From: Tubiluchus corallicola
Taxonomy: Eukaryota > Animalia > Priapulida
DNA length: 64,000 nt
Direction: 5' to 3'
Assembly: GCA_030141605.1 (NCBI GenBank)
Contig: JAQGDQ010000195.1
Location: forward strand, 248,001 to 312,000
How positions within the stretch are numbered: position 1 is the first letter of the stretch; each line of letters begins with the position of its first letter. Positions 52,321 to 63,330 of this stretch are shown here, piece by piece. The notes beneath the pieces are model-generated. The model was not told where the DNA came from. It ran no database searches and saw nothing but the letters and a program-made list of their open reading frames with translations. The position numbers and the translations under genes are program-made.

Positions 52321-52608
52321 TTAATAATTATTGTTGTTCGGTGTTTTTTGCGCTTTATATTTTGAAAGTCGTCGCGGATACTTAGTATACGTCAGACGCC
52401 TACAAGCACTACAAGCCACAAACCATTCCACCTCTTTATCTATAAGTAAGTCTACATAAGAGTGATGTAGTTTCAAACTTTCAAACATAGTATCACATGT
52501 TCTTTCGAGTGTTTTTGTTTTGGTAGTCGCAGATCTTGGAACGGTTTTATAATGGCCAAACATCAGTAAATCAAGTAAAGAAAGTTTTTTGTTTCGCATA
52601 TTTCGCAT
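52321..52608 (-). mobile_element. possible decayed transposase fragment (BED-finger-like)
   Basis: LLIDKEVEWFVACSACRRLTY weakly resembles the FVACxxC motif of hAT transposases. Confidence 0.2.
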
Positions 52609-53439
52609 TTGATGAGCTATTGGATTTCAATTATAGCTTTTCGGTGCGAGGAATCCAAATTAACGAAGTATTGTTGCTTATCCATCTGTGAACGACTCAA
52701 TAGTTACTAGCTGATAGTAAATATAAATTTAAATGTAGAAGTGCAAAATTTGTCTCTGTCTTGTAAGTTAAACATTATAAATGATTATAAATATGTGTTA
52801 TTACATGTCAGGAATACTTTAAATTATTAAACCTCACTGCTTTCGTATAATTTCTTTAATTAAAAACGATTTGAATTTAAATTCGTTGTTTGAAAATTCT
52901 AAAAATGCGATTAACTTAACAAAATCCACACAAGAGGTTTTTTCTGAACTAAAAGACTGGCAGACATAATAGACAGAATAGTAATATATTAACTAAACAG
53001 ATATATAAAATATTACTATTATTCAGATTTTTCAATTAGATATTTATTTATTCTTAGTATCTATTGTCGCGGAAACTCGATACTTCCTGTGTGCACTTCT
53101 TTACATTTTTATTGTTTATTCCCAAAATGGATATAGAATTTTAATTACTATCGATACAACATAAAGATTACTGTGTGACTTGGTTGAATTTGGTTAATAT
53201 AAGATAATGGCGTTCGCAACAAATTTTTTCTATTACATGATTAACGATTCATTGAAACAGAGAGAACATTAATCAGCTGAAATTACTGCATGTTATCCGC
53301 CTGCTTAAAACTAAATTGCCAGGCTTCACACTAACTGTAGTACTATTACTATACAACATATTACACAAAACTGAAAAAGAAGCCAGGAGCTAAGAATTGG
53401 GATACCAGCTGAACTTGACCTAAAGGCGTACCTGGCAGG

Positions 53440-53446
53440 TATAAAA
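53440..53446 (+). promoter_or_regulatory. TATA box of the chitin-binding protein gene
   Basis: TATAAAA 80 bp upstream of ATG 53520; Inr-like TCAGT and GCATTC lie downstream. Confidence 0.65.
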
Positions 53447-53519
53447 GTGCAGGCCGAGAGTTCAGTGCTAGCATTCTTACTGGTAACTGAGCTAGTGTTC
53501 GTATTTTCATCAGCCAAGA

Positions 53520-54525
53520 ATGGATCGAGTAATGTTCTTGCTCTTCGGCGCTGTTTTGTGCGGTAAGTAAATAAATTCTTAGACTTGAATATTTTATGTA
53601 TTTACGCGGTTTTTAGTGAGCGTTTAACCTCGTTACAATAGGGTTTATTTCGGCTTTACCACTGTTTATGTCATGATTCTATTAATTATTGATTTTTTTC
53701 ACAGGTTACATCGCACAGGGAGCATCAAGTGGCTACGATGACGATGATTACAGTCCATCAGGTTATGGGAATTATAGATCTTCGGGTTACGGTTCCAGCT
53801 CTGGCTCTGGCTATGGGTACAGTTATGGGGCAAACCACGGGTCCAGCAGTTCTGCTTATGCCCCATCAGACTACGGTTATGGATCTTCGAGATCTGGTTC
53901 CAGTAGCTCCGGTTATGGTACTGGTTCTGGTTCCAGCAGTTATGGGCCAACGTATGGCTCTGGTTCCAGCAGTTATGGGCCATCGAGCTATGGTTACGAC
54001 TCTGGTTCCAGTAGTTATGGGCCATCGAGCTATGGTTACGACTCTGGTTCCAGTAGTTACGGGCCATCGAGCTATGGTTACGACTCTGGTTCAAGTAGTT
54101 ATGGGCCATCGAGCTATGGTTACGACTCTGGGTATGGAGGAACACCAAGCTATGGTTACTGTCAACACCATGACTATTGCCCTCATGGATACGATGGACT
54201 GCTCATACCAGACCACTACGATTGCTCAAACTACTTCCAATGCGTACACTATGAACCTGTTCATCGCTACTGTGCAGCAGGAACCATCTTTGACGAATGC
54301 CAACAAACATGCGTGCACGATAACTATTACAACAGGCACAGGCTTGGATGCCCTTCATACGACAACGGTTACGGCTATGGCAGTAGTGGCTATGGGAGAC
54401 GTGGTTATGGCAGCAGTGGTTATGGCAGTAGTGGCTATGGTCGACGTGGTTACGGCTATGGCAGTAGTGGCTATGGGAGACGTGGTTACGGCAGTAACAG
54501 AGGCCATTATGGCTATCGTTATTAG
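53520..54525 (+). CDS. secreted Gly/Ser/Tyr-rich protein with a CBM14 (ChtBD2/peritrophin-A) chitin-binding domain, 2 exons, 287 aa
   Basis: Exon 1 53520-53562 (MDRVMFLLFGAVLC, donor gtaagt) and exon 2 53705-54525 (acceptor tttttcacag). Repeats SGSSSYGPSSYGYD; six-Cys domain CP...PDHYDCSNYFQC...CAAGTIFD...C...C; AATAAA at 54643 and 54671. Confidence 0.9.
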
Positions 54526-54679
54526 GTTAAGATTACTAAGCAGTTTTAACTTGTTACATGGTTTTACAACCAATTACTTGGTTTGTTACGTACTTAAAAT
54601 TTTGTTACCTAATTTTTTAGTCAGCTAATTAGTTTATTAAGCAATAAATGATTGTGCGTTAACAGGTTCAAATAAACAA

Positions 54680-55020
54680 TTGCAACACCATCAGACATTT
54701 TTTCGTTTGGTTTAGATATTCGTGAATGTTTGCTTCAATATTAACCTGATGGCGCCACATCGCGATTGCAACACCATCAGACATTTTTTGTTTGGTTTAG
54801 ATATTCGTGAATGTTTGCTTCAGTATTAACCTGATGGCGCCACATCGCGATTGCAACACCATCAGACATTTTTTGTTTGGTTTAGATATTCGTGAATGTT
54901 TGCTTCAGTATTAACCTGATGGCGCCACATCGCGATTGCAACACCATCAGACATTTTTTTGTTTGGTTTAGATATTCGTGAATGTTTGCTTCAATATTAA
55001 CCTGATGGCGCCACATCGCG
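54680..55020. repeat. 4 x 85-86-bp near-identical tandem repeat
   Basis: Units start ttgcaacaccatcag at 54680, 54766, 54851 and 54936. Confidence 0.95.
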
Positions 55021-56362
55021 CCATGGAGAGAAACTGGTTTTGGAAACATTAGCATGCTCACTGTGCAAATCCATTGCTGCAATCATTTAAAGGCTTCGCT
55101 ATTTTTAAGATTTGGTTTAAACATGTATTTAGTTTGGTCAGAAAAAAAATCTATTGCATGTCACATTGGTAAAAAGGGAAAAACAGGAAGGACTCGCCTG
55201 TTTTAAGCACTCTGGACAGACTGACATTTTCTATTACCACTTAAGAACGAGTCCGCGAGAGCACCATGCAGGGGGGGTGGCACATGAGGGGTGACGAATT
55301 TATATCATTTTTTCTAACATGAAGGGCGACCCCCCAAAACCATGTAACCAAGATAACAAATCGATCATAACAACACAACACAAAGTCCAATTCATTTTTC
55401 ACACAAATCTCTTGTTCAATTCTATGAAGTGCAAGACAGCTAGAAATATCTGAAACTTTAATATATTCTTCATTTAAGAGTAAATCAAGGTTTACCTTTA
55501 AATTATTTGGAATTGCTGCTAGCATTACTGGTCTAATATTGCCGTGCTTTTTACAATGTAATAAGTAAAGACCACCATATACTGAATCTACCTCTAGTAT
55601 GCTGCATTGCATACTCAAGCTCACATTAATTACTTGAAAATGTCTCAGACCAACAAGAAATCTTTTTGGTATTTTTAAGATATTTTTTAATATTTTTAGA
55701 TTTCTGATGTTTGAAAAAGCTCATGAAAACGCATTTACTGGGAATTTTGAGCTCTTGTTCACTCTGACAGCCTTATTTGGAAAATAAACTACCACAGAGA
55801 AAACTCCACCTTGAGACATTTGAATAGTGAGGCTGATTAAGCTCTAGTTATGCAGATTATATAGCATCCGTAAGTCCATATGACCATATTCGAAGTGGTT
55901 TACTAGCCACTTTAGCATAATATACAACAGCAAAAAAACAGATTTTGTCACTTTCTGTCAGAATAACACACTTTTACTAGCCAAGCTCCAGTAATGATTT
56001 GCATATATATACTTACGAATAGATGACTGTAACTTAGCTAATGGTAATTATTAGTAAGTAAATCAGTAAATCATTAGTAATTACATTCAGTAAGTACATT
56101 AGTAAATCAGTACATCCGTAACTGAAGCCATGCATTAGCAAAATTAATATAACATCAGAATGCTGAAGCAAAACTTTTAATATTTAGTGAAGGAAAGTAA
56201 GCAAATGGCACTTTTAGTTAATAAATTTTGTTAGCATTTCCAGCAAGCTCTAGCAAATGGCAGAGTAATGAGTCTACCTGACTGTAGAATAACATTTCTT
56301 TAAGCTATGTACATACACATGTCGAGAGTGTACTGTATATAAATTATTGTTATTTATCACTT

Positions 56363-57187
56363 CTAAGTCCTAGTGCATCTGAGGATCTTCTTGAATGCTG
56401 TTCGAAATTTACTGTTTGATGCAGCGTAGATGAATGGATTTACGGCATTGTTCCAATAATGAAGCCATGCCATTAAACTGCGTGTCACTGTTGATTTACA
56501 CCATGCACAGTTAATCACAGGTACAATATGAGCTGGCGCCCAACAAATAATAAATGCAATGGTGACAATAAGTAAAGTTTTAGTTGCTTTCATTTCCATC
56601 ACTTTTGTATTTATCTGCTGGTTCTGATCATGAATTTGTAAAACTTGTTTTCGTGCAACTCTCCATATGGCAGTATATAGTAAAAGTATTATCCACGTAA
56701 GTATAAAAAAATATATAGCACTTGTTGCCTGGTATATCTCATACATACCGACACATATCATTGAAATAATCCATGTCACGCATACTGCAGTAATCAATGC
56801 TCTTTTTGTCACGTACATGTTATATTTGTAAGGATATACAACAGCCAAAAATCTCTCTGCAGCTATTGTGCACAAATGTAGTATGCTAGAAACATTTATT
56901 GTTCTGACAATTGCTTTTACTTGACGGTATGTGTCAGAAATATTTTTCGAATGTAAAAACCAAATTCGTATTAGAACACCAGTTGGTCCAGCTAATAAGT
57001 CCGTTACATCTAGTGACACAATAAGTAAATTCGTTCTTGTTTGTAGCTGTTCGAACTTGTAAACTGCAACCAGAACTAAGATGTTACCAGCAATAGTAAT
57101 TATGAATACTGTGGCATAAAGAATCAGAATGATTATACAGAAACTTTCACTTAAATTTGCCTCTGTAGTACCGTTTTCAACAAACAT
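56363..57187 (-). CDS. intronless class A (rhodopsin-like) GPCR, about 274 aa
   Basis: Seven hydrophobic segments; GN (TM1), SLxVTDL (TM2), ERF (TM3), W (TM4), CWAP (TM6), NPFIY (TM7), helix 8 FRTAFKKIL; first ATG at 57187. Confidence 0.9.
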   Translation of the reverse strand: MFVENGTTEANLSESFCIIILILYATVFIITIAGNILVLVAVYKFEQLQTRTNLLIVSLDVTDLLAGPTGVLIRIWFLHSKNISDTYRQVKAIVRTINVSSILHLCTIAAERFLAVVYPYKYNMYVTKRALITAVCVTWIISMICVGMYEIYQATSAIYFFILTWIILLLYTAIWRVARKQVLQIHDQNQQINTKVMEMKATKTLLIVTIAFIICWAPAHIVPVINCAWCKSTVTRSLMAWLHYWNNAVNPFIYAASNSKFRTAFKKILRCTRT

Positions 57188-59233
57188 TGTCAAAACTTCG
57201 TGCTGTTTCAACCCAGATTTTAAATCACAAATTAAAACTATAAAATGTGGATATTTCAGTGAACATCATTAATCCTGTAACCTGTTTTATCAAGCCTTGC
57301 ATCAAAGCACCTACACTTTTGAGACACATGCGCTACAGATGTGTGCCCTACTGTTTCGTTATTTAACCTTTGTAATTTGGTTAAACGTCCTATTATTGGA
57401 GCTTCATAGCATTTCAGTTTGTTTACAATTATCATGAATGTATTGTTCTCGTTATAGTCAGGGTAATCAAAATCTGTTGATATTGATTAGTTTGCTGTTT
57501 GCAGTTCGTAAACAATGACGTTTACACGTGTACAGCTGAATGTACAAAGAGTAGTCTCATGTTACTATTTGCACAAAATCGAGTCATGTTCTTCGAGGAC
57601 GCGAGAATATGTTATGTCAAAATTGATATTGTGGGATGTATGGCGAGAGACATGACTTCTCTTCCTTTTCTTCTTCTTCTTCTTCTTCTTCTTCTTCTTT
57701 GTAAATTTCCAGAAAAGAACAATTTTCCACAAAACATTACAAATTTCTTACTATTTGTATTCATCAAACTTAAAAAACTGAAACAAAAGAAACAATTTTA
57801 ACTGAGTGATGAACGTTTGAAATCACATTCTGAACTAGCCAGAGTGTAAAATTTTTAATGAACGTGTGACCTCTTTGAATATCTGTAGACAGAAGATCAA
57901 TGGATATAAAACCCATTAATAAACAAAATCCACCAATATACCGTATTAGTAACAAAACCAAATATATACTGTCCAACAGTGTCTGTGCTAACGACATATT
58001 CATCCATTGTTCGCTGCCGGCTTTTCCACTTAACATTTGATAACAGGAATTACGGTTGTATCAGTGTACAACTCTAAAAAGCAAAACATGTTTAGTCAAC
58101 TGATCAATTGGATATCAAATTACACAAACTTTGCAATTATTTATCCATTGTGTCCTGCACTATTTGTAAATACACTTCTCTTTACAACTAGTTTCCATCA
58201 AAAGTGATAGGTTAAATGTGTAGACTTCACTAATTAATCAGCAGAAATAAAGTGGATTACGTTCGTCAAATTAGTTTCAGTCTTTTATATAACCGAATAA
58301 TAAAACGTGAAATTCACAAATCATCTTTACTTTATAGATGGAGAAAAATAAATTTTTATTCAACTCAGTTCAGTTCAATACAAACTCTCCATTATGCAGT
58401 TAACTGCTATTTTCAATCACAAAAGCCTTTTACACAAACAAGTTATACAAGTTATGCAAACAGCTGGTACGTATCCAAAATCATTGATAATAAATCGACA
58501 TCTGATTTTTCACAAAAGGTGTGCCATTTCATTTGTTCTACAACAGCATTGTAGCACGAGCCCCATTTATATATGTAATGTTTGTCTTGTTTATGTTATG
58601 CTACTTTGGATTTTTTAGGATGTAATGTATTGTAAAGGTACTGTAAATTTTATTAATGTGTTTCATTTACTGTCGTGTTCTCTCCTAATGGACCATTAGC
58701 TGTCACCATTTGTCTATACGTATAAAATGTTGTGTGTGCGTGCGTGCGTGCACGTGTGCATGCGTGTGAGGGTGCAAACATGCATACGTGTGTAAAATTC
58801 ATTTTGAATTATTGCACAAGTATAATGGATTTAGTGGATTAGTAAATATTTTACAAAGTAGATTAGTAGCTAAAAACGTTTCTCATTTTGCTTAGAAAAG
58901 TAAATCATATCTTAAATAATGACATCACTTAAAATTCATTTTGAATGTTTTATTCGTGTGAATCCATTTTTACCTGATAATCCTCACATGGTGCATCGCA
59001 TTGCTACAAAAGTTGAACATCGTTCTAGAGAAAGTTTGGTAGCTGTTAGCTTGTCTGGACTTCTTTCAGATAGGACAATTCGTATACAGTGACAGCGTAT
59101 CTAATTTATGATCTTTATAAATAGTGTTCTATATTTATTGTTTGATGCAGCTTACAAAAGTTCAATTGCATCTTTCCAGTAACTAAATTGTATGTCTTAG
59201 GCAATATAGCTTAGTAATTGATAATTTTCAGGT

Positions 59234-60063
59234 CTAGTTTCTGGTGTTTCTGACGATCTTCTTAAATGCAGTTCGAAATTTACTGTTAGATGCAGCGTAG
59301 ATGAATGGATTTACTGCATGGTTCCAATAACTAACCCAAACAAAAAATTCCGCTGTCACTATTGATTTACACCATGTGCAGTTGATCACACTTACAATAT
59401 GAGCTGGTGCATAACAGACAACAAATGCAATGGTGACAATAAGTAAAGTTTTTGTTGCTTTCATTTCCATCACTTTTGTATTTATCTGCTGGTTCTGATC
59501 ACGAATTTGTAAAACTTGTTTTCGTGCAACTCTCCATATGGCAGTATACAGCAAAAGTATTATCGACGAAAGTGTACAAAAAAAGAATATGCTTGTTGCC
59601 TTGTATATCTCATGCATACCGAACATATCATTGAAATAATCCATGTCACGCATATTGCAGTAACTAATGCTCTTTTTGTCACATACATATTATATTTGTA
59701 AGGATATACAACAGCCAAAAATCTCTCTGCAGCTAGTGCACACAAATGCAGTCCACTAGATGCGTGAATTGGTCCGGCAAAACATCTTCTCACTAGGAAG
59801 TACATAGCAGGAACGGTTTTGAAATGTAATATCAGAGGAATTCGTGTTGGAATGCTAATCAATCCGGCTAACAGGTCTGTTACAGCTAGCGACACAATGA
59901 GTGCATTCATTTTTGTTTGCAGTTGTTCGAACTTGTAAACTGCAATGAGAATTAAAATGTTGCCGGCAGTAATCGTTATAGATACCACAGCATATAAAAT
60001 CAAAAGGACAATTTGCACGTTTTTGTCTATCGTTGCTTCAATCGTACTATTGTTAGAAACCAT
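59234..60063 (-). pseudogene. paralogous class A GPCR with a single 1-bp frameshift
   Basis: Two overlapping ORFs cover TM1-4 and TM5-7; the paralog reads ATATGTGTCGGT and this copy ATATGTTCGGT (one G missing near 59622). No other lesion was seen. Confidence 0.8.
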
Positions 60064-60228
60064 GTTTTCATCTTAATTAAAACTAACAATAGGTATCTTT
60101 CTTGTTTTTTTCTATTTTTACTGCTAGTTAAGTTAAGTCAAAACTATAACATGCGGAGTTCTGAAACAAACTTCAGTAATTATGTTCTGCTTCACTAAGT
60201 CTTGGCTTAAGCGTGCTACTGCATCTTC

Positions 60229-61965
60229 TGTTATCTCCCAGGCTAGCATTGGCTACAGTGAAACCAGGTGTGTTGATTCTAGAACGTCATTATTAATTTT
60301 TGCATTACCTGTAGAGTTTGTTTGACCGCTCTTGTATGAGAGGTTAGATAGCCTTAGAATAGGAAAAAATCCTGTTTTAGTGGTACAGTAGTTGTGAGGT
60401 CAGTATGCCACTGTTGTAAAATCAGTATGTCTCTGTTGATTTCTGAAGACTGGCTTAAAGTTTTTTCTACAGATCCTCAAACATTTGTAAGTTCATATGT
60501 TTCTTCATTTTTATGCAGAGCTGTGCAGTAATTTATTTGTCAACTTAATAGTTTCTAATAGTGTTACAGTGATGCCTAATTATTGGTTTTTGCAACTGCA
60601 TAATGCATATGCGTGTTTTTGTGTAGGCGTGCATGTTGATTTGTGATATGTCAGGAAGTTTATTTATTAGTAAATTCTGCTTCAGTATGCTTGTTAATTT
60701 GCTAATGCTTGTTCCTTTTTTTATTTTTTGCACATCTGTTATTGATTTATTTTTGTTTCATGTTTTTTTCTTGTTTCTATTGCAGTTTCACCTTTTTTAC
60801 AATGAGTGGAAAATAAAACATGTAGAACAAATAGCCAGTTTTCTACAGTGGCCAATGCGAGGTCAAAGGCCAAGAGGCCAGTCACTAAAGATGTGAATCA
60901 GGTCAAGCAGTTGATAGCAGAAGACGATACAGGAAAATTAGCTGAAAGAGTTGGAAGACTGAAGCTCACCCCTGGTAATGTCCTCAGCACCAAATCCTGG
61001 ACCAGCCCAACTGGTCTTCTTTACTGGTGACCCCACTGGAGACCTCTGTTTCACATCTGTAGTATACTGCTTTGCTAAATTCAGAACTGTGATGTAGTCT
61101 TCCTGTACCTTGTAGAAATAAGCATCACTGGCTTCCAAGTCATCCTCAGTCTCCAAAATCTGATGATAAGAATCATGTGCTTTGGTGAACTCCTTGAAGA
61201 TGCCCTTCAGTCTTCCAACTCCTTCAGCTAATTTTTCCCTGTCATCTTCTGCTAGCTGCTTGACCTGATTGACATCTTTAGTGACTGCCCTCTTGGCCTT
61301 TGACCTCGCATTCTTCAACTCAGCTGCCATGATGAAACGTTTTTTCACTGTAAAAAACTGGCTATTTGTTTTACAGGTTTTATTTTCCACTCATTGTAAA
61401 AAAGGTGAAACTGCAATAGAAACAGGAAAAAACATGAAACAAAAATAAATCAATAACAGACGTGCAAAAAATAAAAAATGGAACAAGCATTAGCAAATTA
61501 ACAAGCATACTGAAGCAGAATTTACTAATAAATAAACTTCCTGACATATCACAAATCAACATGCACGCCTACACGAAAACACGCATATGCATTATGCAGT
61601 TGCAAAAACCAATAATTAGGCATCACTGCAACACTATTAGAAACTATTATGTTGACAAATAAATTACTGCAAAGCTCTGCATAAAAATGGAAAAACATAT
61701 GAACTTACAAACGTTTGAGGATCCGTAGAAAAAACTTTAAGCCAGTCTTCAGAAATCAACAGAGACATACTGATTTTACAACAGTGGCATACTGACCTCA
61801 CAACAACTATACCACTAAAACAGGATTTTTTCCTATTCTAAGGCTATCTAGCCTCTCATACAAGAGCGGTCAAACAAACTCTACAGATAATGCAAAAATT
61901 AATAATGACGCTCTAGAATCAATACACCTGGTTTCACTGTACCCATGCTAGCCTGAGAGATAACA
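60229..61965. mobile_element. fold-back of two converging LTR retrotransposon 5' halves (BEL/Pao-like LTR plus gag start)
   Basis: Arms 60229-~60964 and ~61205-61965 are reverse complements, each starting TGT at its outer end. Putative LTRs of about 620 bp end in TACA after AATAAA. Minus-strand MAAELKNARSKAKRAVTKDVN...FTKAHDSYHQIL...SDAYFYKVQEDYI resembles a BEL/Pao gag N-terminus. Confidence 0.7.
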
Positions 61966-62976
61966 AATCTCTCTTCTATCATTAATGGCAACGGGTTGTT
62001 GATGACAATTTGTGTGTGAATAATTTTTATAGCTAATATAAAGGGAATTCTCTGCTCATTAATGGTTGGGATGCTGGACTGTATTAACAGCCTGCAGCAT
62101 AGCTAAATGGGCTAATTGCATTGTTCCAATAACTAATAATATGCACTGTTATGTTTGATTTATACCACGCATGTTTGACGTGTTGGTTCAAAATAAAATA
62201 GCACATTATAGACTAAACAAAATTCCTGAAAATGTGTTTCTATAAAATTCTGGTTACATTTTTACTAAAAGTTGCCAACGTAGTCAATTTTATCAATTTG
62301 ACTATGCTGAATCCAAAAAAGAAGTTATTGCCATCTTAAAAACGGGTCAAAAGCAACGTGGCCCTACACCTTTTTTTCGCAAACTATATAAATCAAAAGA
62401 AATTCCCTAAAAATTGGCATTAAGAGGGGATTATTATATCAGTTCCAGAGCAGCTGGATCTAAGGATCTATTTCTGTTTCTTTTATTTCAGTTACATGTG
62501 TGTTGCATGTTCATTAAATTGCACTAAATTTATTGAGTGCAAAAGCATCACAAAGTATGTAAATTTAAACACCATCACTACTGTATACAATGTTTTTGGT
62601 AATTTTAAACAAGTTGCAAATTTGGTGCTACACTACATTGTTCGTACAGAATTGTAAGGTTTAGGTAACTTGCTCGCCGTTGTAGAAGTGTTGATAGACG
62701 TGTGTACTGACTTCTTGATGCCATCATTACAAGTTGTCCACCTGTTTCTGAATCAAGAAAAATGATATCAGTGAACTCTAGTTTACCACATGAGGGCAGG
62801 TGCATCAGTCAGCCATCTTTCTCATCTTTTTACAAAGCAAACAGAACGACTAAAATTGAATTGCTACTTTCATACTGCCATTTGGCTAGAACTTTTTGTC
62901 ACTTAAATGATTTCAGGTTTGATTATTAATTGCACTGTTTCGTGTCTTTCTCTTCATGTATGAATTTTAATTCTAG

Positions 62977-63330
62977 GAGGAGTTTACAAGCCTGGATGAT
63001 GCCCTCCCAGAAACCGATGTGCTCTACATAACCAGGATACAGCGAGAACGCTTTGCTAGCGAAGCCGAATATCAACAAAACTGCGGTCATTACGTGGTCG
63101 CTCCAAAACTGATGACCAAAGCCAAGAAGAAGACGATAGTCATGCATCCGCTACCACGACTGGACGAGATTAGTCCTGCGTTTGACTCTGATGAACGGGC
63201 AGCATATTTTCGACAAGCAGAAAATGGTCTCTATGTACGAATGGCGCTGTTGGCTCTCATTCTAGGAGCAGACCAAGAGCAGGATGAATCAGCAGTGAAG
63301 GGAGCTGGCACCAAAAGGGATGGCAGTTGA
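62977..63330 (+). CDS. CAD: CAD terminal exon (aspartate transcarbamylase C-terminus)
   Basis: ttctag|[26 protein letters not shown]...[44 protein letters not shown]; canonical ATCase motifs. Confidence 0.88.
   Translation, partial: EEFTSLDDALPETDVLYITRIQRERFASEAEYQQNCGHYVVAPKLMTKAKKKTIVMHPLPRLDEISPAFDSDERAAYFRQAENGLYVRMALLALILGADQEQDESAVKGAGTKRDGS

Noticed and set aside
53699-54628. Overlapping 299-aa plus-strand ORF and antisense ORFs
   Set aside because: Shadow frames of the repetitive Gly/Ser/Tyr exon; only the 53705 frame joins the signal-peptide exon and encodes CBM14.
54680-55020. CRISPR-like array or ORF 54882-55082
   Set aside because: Whole units are repeated with no unique spacers; the ORF is a by-product of the repeat.
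60545-61662. Duplicated small ORFs (MQKIK..., MLICDMSG...)
   Set aside because: They lie within the two LTR arms; duplication reflects the inverted repeat, not genes.
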